Positions 53,927 through 64,000 of a stretch of 64,000 bases of DNA are shown here, piece after piece. The notes under the pieces were generated by a model that saw only the letters and a program-made list of their open reading frames with translations, did no database searches and was not told the DNA's origin. A program made the translations under genes and the position numbers. This stretch comes from Eledone cirrhosa (lineage: Eukaryota). Location of the stretch: contig OZ024741.1 in NCBI GenBank assembly GCA_964016885.1, positions 304,854,001-304,918,000 on the forward strand, in the 5' to 3' direction. How positions within the stretch are numbered: position 1 is the first letter of the stretch; each line of letters opens with the position of its first letter.

Positions 53927-54965
53927 TCAATGGGACCCTTGGGCTTCATGGAGTCTAGCTAACTCTTTGACGTCAGGCTGGATTTTCGTACGATGTAGCC
54001 GGAGATCTCCACATGTAATTACATTGTAGCGGTTGCGAGCCTTACTGTGCAGTCTGGAAACAGCACCAAACCTCCTCTTGATTAAGTATGAGCTTGGAAA
54101 AAGGAGAGCAAATCTCTTAGCCTCTGCATGTAGGTGTGGAAATCGACGCTGAATTTCCTCTTGCATCCAAAAAAGAGGTTCACCTATTTTGGGAAATCTA
54201 ATTTTGATCATGTCATCTGCTTGAAGCTCAATGAATTCTTCCTGAAATATAACGTCCAAATCGTCGACGTTAGCTATGAAGGGATCTACTACCCAGGTCG
54301 ACAAACCGTTCTCTCATGTTGTCTTGTAGCGCACGGAGGTGAGCGGTATAAATTTGGAGTTGGTCATCGCTTATAATGTTTTGAACATGGGCGACACTAG
54401 GAAACTTATAGAATTCCCGTCAACAAAGATTCCTTTCGATGACATTCAATTTGGCCAGGAATGTTTTCACAGCATTCCTTGCTTTAAGCAAGGTGATCTT
54501 CTTCCCCTGCAAAGCCAAAATGACGCTATTGCATTTGTCGAAGATGTTAGTGAGGTAGGCGCAGTTTTGCCTCACATCGAGGGTTTTCTTGTACAGTTCT
54601 GTGTTGCGTCCTCGCAGAAACTCAATGATAGAGTCAAACAGTTCAAAGAAGTGAGTAAGGCACTTGCCCTTTGAAAGCCACCTCACTTCATTATGAAGGA
54701 GCAACTTGACGAATTCTTCGTCATTATCTTGGCACAGTTGCCGGAAAATTTGTTCATTGAGGGAATGCCGTTTGATAAAATTGATGACATCAAGGGCCAC
54801 TTGCAAGGACTTGCTCAGTGGCTTGCTGAGTTTCTTCACAGCCAAGTGTTGTCGATGAATGACACAATGAACAACAAATACAGATAGATTTTCTCCCTTC
54901 AGAAGAGTGACGAAACCCTTATGTTGGACGACCATTGCTCTAGCGTCGTCCATAGCACATGATAC
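53927..54965 (-). pseudogene. hAT transposase C-terminal half (ZBED5/ZBED8/SCAND3-like), frameshifted
   Basis: HCVIHRQHLA, LLLHNEVRWLSKG, FPSSYL and GDLRL motifs; N-terminal half absent. Confidence 0.9.
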
Positions 54966-54969
54966 AATA

Positions 54970-55292
54970 TGTGTTGTATTTGGTCCTAGATGTATGTATT
55001 ACCTGCCTGTGTGTTGTAGGTAGTCCTAGATGTATGTATTACCTGCTTATGTATTGCATGTGGTCCTAGATGTATGTATTACCTGATTATGTGTTGTATG
55101 TGGTCCTAGATGTTTGTATTACCTGATTATGTGTTGTATGTGGTCCTAGATGTTTGTATTACCTGATTATGTGTTGTATGTGGTCCTAGATGTTTGTATT
55201 ACCTGATTATGTGTTGCATGTAGTCCTAGATGTGTGTATTACCTACTTATGTGTTGTATGTGGTCCTAGATGTGTGTGCTACCCGCTTCTGT
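54970..55292. repeat. 40-bp minisatellite, 8 copies, inside the hAT element
   Basis: Unit TGTGTTGTATGTGGTCCTAGATGTTTGTATTACCTGATTA repeated at 40-bp spacing. Confidence 0.92.
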
Positions 55293-56379
55293 GTTTTTTT
55301 ATTATTTTTTTTTATTTGTAATATTATTTATACAATAGGAAATAAAATAGATCTACATAGTGTTAACTCGTTACAGTTGAGTCAATAATTTCAGACATGA
55401 AATACATTGTTATCGGTGAAGGAAAGACAAGATTCTAACTGGCTGCGGTTGAAGTGTCCTTGACCCAGTTGACTGTGGGTTTTTCCATGGTTAGGATCTC
55501 AATTACTGGTTAATATCTAAACACGCCTGCACACCTGCGGTCAGACCATAGTTATGCTGTCTGCATGCTCATTCAAATGCATTCACACTGGCTGTCTCAA
55601 AGACATACAAATATGGCTTATAAAACTTACCAAAGTAAAGAGCCTTCTAGTGCACTCCAAAGCTCCAAACGACCCCCTAATGCCCCCTTGCTCCCAAACG
55701 CCCCCCTGGATTTCCAAAACGCCCCCTGGGGGTGCATATGCCCCCCGTTGAGAACCTTTGACTTAGAGTATGGTATGGCATTAGCACGCTTTATATTCAA
55801 TAACAATGTTCTTACATTCGATCAAACATTCATAATAGACCTGTAATTGCAAACAAAACATTCTTAATATATATGTAAAAATAGTGTATATTTTTTCTGA
55901 ATTAGAAATTGCAATGGTCATATATGTTTATGATAAGTTTCTTCTGTACATACATATGCAGTATTAAAAAAATAGGCTGGAGAAGACGTACGTACGTATG
56001 TGTGTGTGTGTGTGCATTTATGTATGTATATATATTAGATCAGGTTTCCCAGTGCGAGTAACAAGGGGCGGAAGATATCGAAGAAGACGCTTTGTAGCTT
56101 CGGAGATGCTCTGTCAGGGAAAACACAGGAATTGTCAACAGTAGCAATACAAGACCAATATGCCTAAGAGACCATGTAGTGTAGGAGTTGAATTGTGTGT
56201 GTGGAGCCAACTACAATGGTTCCACAAGATGCCAACTTCATAACCGAATACTGGAATATTTTCTAAAAGCAACGCCTCTGAGTGCAGTATTTCAACACAA
56301 AAATATATGCGGAAGAAGAATAATCACAAATATTCTTGTGGAGCTAGAAGATATGGTCGACCTAAGAATAGCGGAGGCC

Positions 56380-56860
56380 CATATTATTATGAAGCAGGTA
56401 TCTACCCTAGGTCTCCATCCTCCTGTATGGGTGTGAGACCTGGACACTTTTGGCAGAAACAGAGAGAAGGATCCTTGCGTTTGAGGACAAATGCATGAGA
56501 AAAATCCTTTGTAATTCCTATTGGGAACGTTAAACCAATGAATACATGTGGAGAAATCTTAAAAATTTTGTAGGTCACCAGGAACCTCTCCTTGTCACTG
56601 TCAAGAGGAGGAAACTGGCATGGTTTGGTCACATCACACGACATGACAGCCTGTTTAAGACCATCATACAAGGCACTGTTGAAGGTGGATGCAAGAGGGG
56701 ACAGCAACTCAAAAACTGGTTGGACAATGTCAAAGATTGGATGCACATGACTACACCAGATTTGCTGACGGCTGCCATTGATAGACTATTTTGAATGTGT
56801 GTTGCTTCTGCAATAGGATTCTCCTGATGATTACAGAAGGGACTGATGATGATGATGATG
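56380..56860 (+). mobile_element. RTE (BovB-like) 3' fragment
   Basis: LLYGCETWT...AFE.KCMRKIL...KRRKLAWFGHITR...IIQGTVEG; GAT tail. Confidence 0.8.
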
Positions 56861-56957
56861 ACCTACCCTAAACCATTGGAGTGACCTGGACACATGGAAA
56901 TACATATACACATACTCTGATGGGTAATGGATTTGCCAAGCCAGGAATTAGATTAAC

Positions 56958-56999
56958 ATAGTCTGAAGAAGGATTATAAAATTCGAAAGCACTTACTAT
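56958..56999 (+). ncRNA. Candidate minimal type I hammerhead ribozyme (Penelope-type)
   Basis: ATAGT-CTGAAGA-A-GGATT-ATAA-AATTC-GAAA-GCAC-TT-ACTAT: stem I, CUGANGA core, stem II, GAAA, near-palindromic loop III, UH. Confidence 0.55.
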
Positions 57000-57300
57000 C
57001 AAGTTAAAAATACTAATCCACCAACAAGGCCCATAGACTGTAGCCATGTAACTATTCTAACACTAATTCTAATCCTAATTTTAGATCTCACACTCTCAGC
57101 TTTCTACATCTCTACCTTCACCCAAATGAACAATAAAACACAAAACATATACTGTTTTAAACAAGTTTTATCTTGTTTGTTGTTTATTACATTCTAGCTT
57201 CTCCTTTTCTCCTCCCTATATCTTACTCTTCTTACTGTGTCCTGAATTGCACACATTACAGAAAACTACACAATCCACTATACATTATATATATATATAT

Positions 57301-57335
<35 letters not shown>

Positions 57336-57359
57336 AAATACAAAGTAAAAACCTACTAC

Positions 57360-57845
57360 AGTCAGTAGGCATCTCTATCAAAACACACCCCGTCCCACCA
57401 CCTCCACCCCACCCACACCGCCCCTTTCAATGTAAAGTTATGTTGGTCCCACAACATCCAGGCCGAAACAAATGAGATCGTGTAGGTGTCACGACAAAAA
57501 ACACACAGTCCACGCTGTAAATGTGGCCGTGTAGGCAACACGGTAAAAACCTCCCAGCCCCACACTGTAAATGTGGTTGGTGTTAGGAAGGGCATCCAGC
57601 TGTAGAAAACCCGCCAGACAGTCCACGCTGTAATGTGGCCGTGTAGGCAACACGGTAAAAACCTCCCAGCCCCACACTGTAAATGTGGTTGGTGTTAGGA
57701 AGGGCATCCAACTGTAGAAAACCCGCCAGACAGTCCTATGCGAGCAAGACAACCACTCTTGCCTCAAGTGGGAAAACCCCCGTCCAAACCCATGCAAGCG
57801 TGGAACACGGACGCTAAACCTGATGATGATGATGATGATGATGAT
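57360..57845 (+). mobile_element. RTE-related non-autonomous element with internal ~110-bp duplication
   Basis: Reverse-complement match to 839-1350; GAT tail. Confidence 0.8.
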
Positions 57846-57893
57846 ATATATATATATATACAATATGTATGTAAAATGTACAATATATATATA

Positions 57894-57934
<41 letters not shown>

Positions 57935-58175
57935 ATATGTATGTAAAATGTACAATATATATATATACAATATGTATGTACAATATATATATATACTATA
58001 TATATATATATATATACAATATGTATATATATATATATACAATATGTATGTAAAATGTACAATATATATATATATATTATATATATATATATAGTATATA
58101 TATATATATTGTACATTTTACATACATATTGTATCATATTGTATATATATCATATTGTATATATATATATATACA
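57846..58175. repeat. TA-rich satellite with CAATATGTATGTAAAATGTACAATA units (one inverted)
   Basis: Three direct copies and one inverted copy visible. Confidence 0.85.
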
Positions 58176-58776
58176 ATCACACACATAGAAGCAATCACCC
58201 GCCACAAGGAGCCCTGAAGTTTCTCTCTAAATTTTGAGGCAACTTGCAGCATTGCTGCAGGTGATTGTGAGGCCAAGGCCCTGGAATAACTATGCCTTTT
58301 ATACCAATAAATAAATGATGTTTTGAGGAAAGTTCCTTGAGAATTTTATTGCTGTTTTTAGTAAGATGTTTTAGAAGATAGCATGTTATGTAATGTTAAC
58401 CTGCATGAAAGACTGCACAAGTGAGTTGAGATATCAACTTGCAGCATTGCTGTAAATGATAGCAAGGCTAAGACACTGGAATAACGAAGCATTTTGTTGG
58501 CATCACCTAATATGCCAGTATGGTTAGCTGCCAACGATAAGAACTATATATTAACTCTTAACGTCCATGAAACCATATTAGCAAGACATTCTTGAAAAGT
58601 ATAAAATAGCACTAAGACTACAACACATTAAAAATTAAAATCTTTACTCAAATACTGCAAATTTTCACAGCAACTTTCTATCCACTAGTAAAGATACTAT
58701 AAACATTTTAATTAGAATTAATCATTCTTGTTTATCAGTCTACATCTAATATATGTTTGATATTTTTCTGTTTTAG

Positions 58777-58811
58777 TCAAACATACATCTGCCAGCATTG
58801 GATTAAATGAA
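58777..58811 (+). CDS. yjbQ: YjbQ exon 2 (35 bp)
   Basis: TTTTAG...GTAAGT; encodes (I)KHTSASIGLNE, the signature HTSA..NE. Confidence 0.9.
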
Positions 58812-59893
58812 GTAAGTTTATATTTTTGTATTTCTTCTCATCTATAACAATTTTCCATTTTATTTTATTCAGCCTGTAGCATTTAAGACGTTTGGAGTGG
58901 CTGGGCCACTGACAACAGGTAATGCCTTTGAGGGTGCTTGGTTATTCTAGTGCCTTAGCCTCACCATCACTCATGGCAGTGTTGCCTGTGTGTTGGCTTG
59001 CCTTAAAAATTATTGTTGCAGCATGTGATTGAGTGTGTGGGTCTTCTCTTTCTTTTTTTCTTTTATTATCCCACTCCCTTCTTTTCTGTTTTTAGTACTG
59101 TATATGAAAGAAATACAGAGTGTATTGGGTGTATTCATCATGTAGATCACCAACATTAGGGAGGTTGCCATGCTTTTGACACAACTGAAGAATCCTCCTG
59201 ACTCCTTTGTATCTCATTAATTGTTAAGTGGTAGACATTTTACAGACATTACACTGTGTACTTCAGTCGAACATGTCACTCCTCTTACATTTTGCATCAA
59301 ATTACTTAGCTTCATAATAGGATTGTGTTCAACCAGAAAGGGAGTGTGGCTGTAAAATACACTCTCCTTTCAACTGTTGATGTAAATTCAAATATACCAG
59401 CAAACGAGGGAACCATTATGCAGTTGCTTGAAATAGTAACCAAATCTCCCCCTAATATTTCCCTGCCATCATAAAAAAGGAAAGAGACAATAGCTCTTTT
59501 GTTACCATATTTCTTATGAAATACACTGTATTTGAATTAGTTATTGAAGAATTTTGAAGGATTTACGAAAATTATTAAATCGTTTCATTTTAAGGTGGTA
59601 TCAGTTGGAAGGTTTTAATAATTGGGTGGTTTTGTTGCATAGAACCAGAAGTGGTTTTGGGTAGGTTGGTATCAAAAGGGTTAAATAATGTAGTCTTAGA
59701 TATTATGTTTGAGAAAAAGACAAGATAGTCACAGCTTGAATGTCATTCATCATAGGTTTATTTACTCATGGCTAAATATAAAGGAAGTGAATAATGTGTC
59801 TTAGGCTTAGTGAAGTGTATGACAGTATATATTTCTCTATGAGATAATGTTTAAGTTTCCTTGTAACTATGGATTGATTTTTCTCTCTTGCAG

Positions 59894-59913
59894 AATTGGG
59901 ACTCTGATGTGCG
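59894..59913 (+). CDS. yjbQ: YjbQ exon 3 (20-bp microexon)
   Basis: TCTCTTGCAG...GTGAGT; encodes NWDSDV(R), matching ENWDPDVR. Confidence 0.88.
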
Positions 59914-61387
59914 GTGAGTTTTTCATCATTGAAATTAAATTCTATTAGTTTCCTAAATTTGAAGGGCAGTGAATTGGACAAATGCTTAACAGTATCTGTT
60001 CTAGCTCTTTATATTCTGAGTTCAAATCCTGCTAAGGATAACTCTGCATTTCAACCTTCTGGGATCGATAATATAAAGTACCAGTAAAGTATTGGGATGG
60101 AATTAATCAACAAGCACCCACAAAAAAAATTGCTGGCTTTGTGTCTAAATTAAAAATTCTTTTTTTCCTAAATGTTATCATTTGTGTATGATGACTGACA
60201 CCTCTCACTTGCAAGTGTTTTTTTATATTCTGTAAGAAAAGAAAACTGTTTTTATTCAAGAAGGCCTGACTTATATGGAATTAACTGACATTGTTACAAC
60301 AAATGTGAAAGGGACAGACTCAAGCACTTTGTCTTCAGCAACATGACTGTATTAACAATGATAAATAAAATTTGATTTTAGGGTGGTCGTGATGTACCTC
60401 ATTTAATACATTCTTGTTTTAATTTCAAATTCCTTTCAGATGGTTGATAAAATGGGTAGCATCAGTATCTGATTGTCCAAATTAATTATGTGTTCCCTTT
60501 CTGTTACAATAAATTAACCTTAACTCCTATTTTTAAAACGCTTTTCACTCAGTAAGAGTACATTGATTATTTGTCAGTTGAGTAAGTACAAGAAACTTAA
60601 GCATGTTGACTAATGAATTTAGAAACTTCTGGAAGAAAGCAAATTAAACATGTGAAGAATATGGTAAATAAAAATAAAATAATATACATTCTGTTTAATG
60701 TTAGATAGCTATATTGTTGTTAGCTATCTAAATGCCTTGCTCTGTTTGTTATGGTGCTGTGCTGAAATCTTGTTGAGGTCAAGTTTGCCTTTCATCCTTT
60801 TGGAGTTGATAAATAAAATACCAATCAAATATTGTGGACGATTTCTCTCGCAGTTGGGTACATTGTAGTGTGGCAGATCACTCAGTGTCCTTTTCTCCAG
60901 AAATGGACAAGTGTTTAGCGAGGGCCTCGCAACTTCTGAAATTGTTCGAGGATGACTTGATGTAAATATTGTTGTTAAGACAGGTTTGTGGTTTGATTTA
61001 CTTAATCCAACCCAAAATAAAGAAATATTTAAAGAATCTTCTATTCCATGTTAAAACTGTTGTGTGTATGTGTGTGTGTATATATATATATATATATCAT
61101 CATCATCATCATTTAATGTCCACTTTCCATGCTAGCAAGGGTTGGACAGGTCTACATAAACCAACTCAGTACTGAAGCAGGGTTACTGACCTCCCCTAAC
61201 AAGCCAAGCAGTCAGTATCCTGCTTACATATGGTCATATTGAGTGCAGAGAGGTGTCTTTTCAGCAAACTAAGTCTAACTTTTTTTTGTTCTCTGTTTCT
61301 TCAACTTGGGATTTTGACCTTATATTTACTTTACAGCAGTATATTTATGTTTATATGCATAATACTAATACTTTTTCTGTTTGATGT

Positions 61388-61785
61388 ACCCTTTAGCATT
61401 TAAACCGGCCATATCTGGCCAGAATTCTCTCACCTCTTTCTGTTCAAACTGGCCATAGCTGGCCACTCATACTGATGTTAAGGTATTGTTCTCAAAATAA
61501 ATATCAAAATCTCATAGATTCGATATTATGTGAGGTAAAGCCTCTACCTTGAAAATACAATAGTAAATATAGAATAATTGTTTCTACTTTAGGCACAAGG
61601 CCAGCAAATACCCAGTGCATTACTGGTATTTTATTTTATCGACCCCGTAAGGATGAAAGGCAAAGTCAACCTCGGCGGGATTTGAACTCAGATTGTAAAG
61701 GGACGTAACTATGCTGGAAAGCATGGCGTCCAACCCTCTACCGATACTGCCAATCCACCGAATAATGTGAATGCTAAAGGGTTAA
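61388..61785. mobile_element. piggyBac-like MITE interrupted by a minus-strand SINE (61573-61760)
   Basis: CCCTTTAGCATT...AATGCTAAAGGG-TTAA ends; the nested SINE closely matches 459-584 and includes the tRNA-like head. Confidence 0.7.
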
Positions 61786-61864
61786 ACAATTGCTTTTGTG
61801 CTGAATTTCCTTATTTTGAAGACATGATAAAAGGTTATAATTATACATTTATTTTACTATATAG

Positions 61865-61904
61865 GGTTGATATGGAAATGTTCTTAAATCGTATTGTACC
61901 TGAG
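61865..61904 (+). CDS. yjbQ: YjbQ exon 4 (40 bp)
   Basis: ATAG...GTGAGT; encodes VDMEMFLNRIVPE. Confidence 0.9.
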
Positions 61905-63558
61905 GTGAGTTTGATTTTCTGTCTTTATTTTCCTGTAAATTAACTCTTAATGTCTTGTACTGCATGAAAACACATTAGGAAAACAATTTTGAAAAGTGCA
62001 AAATAGTACTGTGACTGCATCACCATATTAAAAATTAACAGTATTAATACAGCAAATTTTTCTAATGATATGTCCACTAGTAAAGATACTATAAATATTT
62101 GCATTAAAAGAGCCCCATTTTCTACTAAATCATTAAAGGTCGTTAAGAGCTAAGAGTTCTTGCTCCTAAGTGATAATGATAGCTTCTATACAATGTTATA
62201 AATAATAATTGAATATGTATCATAATTGTTTTATAATGAAGCATTACTTTAAAAAAAAAGAGGAAGGTTTTGGCATTTGTACTTTTAAGTAAGTGAAGCT
62301 CTTTCTGGTTGTAATTCTGATCCAGCCAGCTGGTTCTATTCACTATCTTGCTACTGGTCTAAGTCTAAAGTCTATCTCAAGCCAGAAGGCTCATTAGGCT
62401 GGTGCTTATCCTGGTTTTGTGGTATGAAGGGACTGATATGATGCCAGTCCATGGCAAGGTTAAACTCCCAGCTATTGCTGGTACACACAACCCAGCACAG
62501 GAATTGAACCCATGGCATTATGTGATACACGAAGCACATATTATATTAAAGGATAAATCTCAACATTAGCATCTCAGATTAATGAAGCTGAAGTTACCTA
62601 TATGTGGATGGAATGCTTCTCTTGCAAGTAGCAATACTAGAAGATCTGACATCTAGGCAATGACAACTTCCCTAATGCTGGTGTCACGATAAAATGCACT
62701 TGGCAGAGCATGGGATTTTATGTTGGCTCCCCTTGGTCTACCTGGAGGTCAGTGGCTTGAAAACTGACTGGTCTGTGATGACACATCTAACTCTTGCTAG
62801 CTGGGAACACGGATGTTAAACAATGACGATGATGAGACAACTGCAACAATATCGAAGTAAGTATAGTTCTCAGGAAGATAGAATATCATACTTGTATAAA
62901 TTCACTACCTTAACCAACCAAATATGTCACCTCTACACCTATGGTTAAATACATTTTCTGTTCATGCAAAAGTCATCATTATCATTATATATCTATTTTC
63001 TTTGCTGGAATGGGTTTAATGGATTGTCATGATCAGAGACTAGACTAGTTAAAAAGCCAACTTGATGCCTATCTTAATGCCAACTACTTTACCAGTTTTT
63101 AGAATAGGTAAACCATATACTTGCATGTTATAAGAAGTGGCTAAAAGGGCTGGCATCAACCTTTAATACATTGTCTCAAACCATCTCATCCAAACCCATA
63201 CCATCATGGAAAAGTGATTACAAAAATGACGATGATGATGATGACGACTGGATGCATTTTATCATGGCACCAGCATTAGATGCTATCATGTACTCGACAA
63301 GTCTTTTCTACCCTATATTTTCTGCATTCATACTGTTTATAGTATAAAATAGATTTGTCATTTTGATCATATTTTATTCATGGTTTATTGATTTATCTTC
63401 TTCTTTGCCCACTTATTCCTGAAAAGGAGCCTACACAGTGTACTCTACATGTGAATGGAGTTCCACTGAAGCAGGTGGAGAAGTTGAAATATCTTGGTGC
63501 TTGGTGCCGTGTACACGAGTGATTTATTTATTTATTGAAATGTTTTGTTTTGTTCTAG

Positions 63559-63600
63559 AATATTCCATTCCGGCACTCCTGTGAAGGGCCTGATGACATG
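63559..63600 (+). CDS. yjbQ: YjbQ exon 5 (42 bp); gene continues beyond the window
   Basis: TTCTAG...GTAAAT; encodes NIPFRHSCEGPDDM (family H..EG.DDM). Confidence 0.9.
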
Positions 63601-63654
63601 GTAAATAACCTTAAATAACATTTTCTACTGTTCCATTTATTTAAATAAATAAGT

Positions 63655-64000
63655 TAGGTAATTAAGCAGTTTATTCTACAACCATATGGTTCCCAGTTTG
63701 ATTCCACTTTGTGACAGCTTAGGCAAGTGTCTTCTACTATATGTTTGGTGGACGGAAACTGTGCAGATGTCTGTTGGGTGTATGCTTTTATGTCTATTTG
63801 GTATTCTTATATCCTGTAACTTAAATGTTTGACAAATAGAGACTGATAAAATATACAGGCAAGTGTCTTCTACTATAACTTTGGGTTGACCAATGCTTTG
63901 TAAGTGGAATTTGATATACAGAAACAGTGCAGATGCCTGTTGTAAGTATATGTGTGTCTGTCTTTATGTTTATGTTGTGTCTTAACAGTTTGACAATCAG
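63655..64000 (+). mobile_element. CORE-type tRNA SINE(s), partly duplicated
   Basis: GGTTCCCAGTTTGATTCCAC...AGGCAAGTGTCTTCTACTAT (twice)...GGAAACTGTGCAGATG. Confidence 0.65.

Larger units (their letters stand above)
53263..55760 (-). mobile_element. hAT (Buster/Charlie-type) DNA transposon, internally deleted
   Basis: TIRs CACAGGTTCTCAAC and GTTGAGAACCTTTG; perfect 8-bp TSD ACTTAGAG (53255-53262 and 55761-55768) with central TA; subterminal AAACGCCCCC repeats. Confidence 0.95.

Noticed and set aside
54970-55292. Regular repeats as a possible CRISPR array
   Set aside because: Head-to-tail units without unique spacers, in a eukaryotic context with no cas genes.
58550-58710. ~150-bp similarity with 61940-62100, possibly a conserved splicing element near microexons
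   Set aside because: The second copy has TTAA-bounded inverted ends (61940-62152), so both are better explained as old MITE copies.

Overview
Eukaryotic, very AT-rich, repeat-dense genomic DNA. The repeat spectrum (RTE LINEs with GAT tails, CORE- and Meta-type SINEs, huge TA microsatellites) suggests a coleoid cephalopod such as Octopus (inference). Three host genes can be supported, all on the + strand: (1) the last five coding exons of FBXL4 (6101-17614); (2) an intronless hnRNP K-like ORF with only KH1 and KH2 (31432-32514); (3) the first five coding exons of a YjbQ/UPF0047 gene (52019-63600, continuing past the window). Mobile DNA includes two near-identical, near full-length RTE LINEs, a complete 4.2-kb LTR retrotransposon (254-bp LTRs, GTAAC TSD) in the last FBXL4 intron, an internally deleted hAT/Buster transposon with an 8-bp TSD, MITEs, many SINEs, a DCLK-like kinase pseudogene fragment and a ~9-kb (TA)n satellite. 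The most unusual observations are: the LTR element has no TGG-type PBS but instead a 12-nt perfect complement of the 5' end of tRNA-Phe; both RTE copies share two in-frame TGA codons; a minimal hammerhead-ribozyme candidate at 56958-56999; and several long near-perfect hairpins. Most short ORFs in the supplied track are microsatellite or antisense artefacts.
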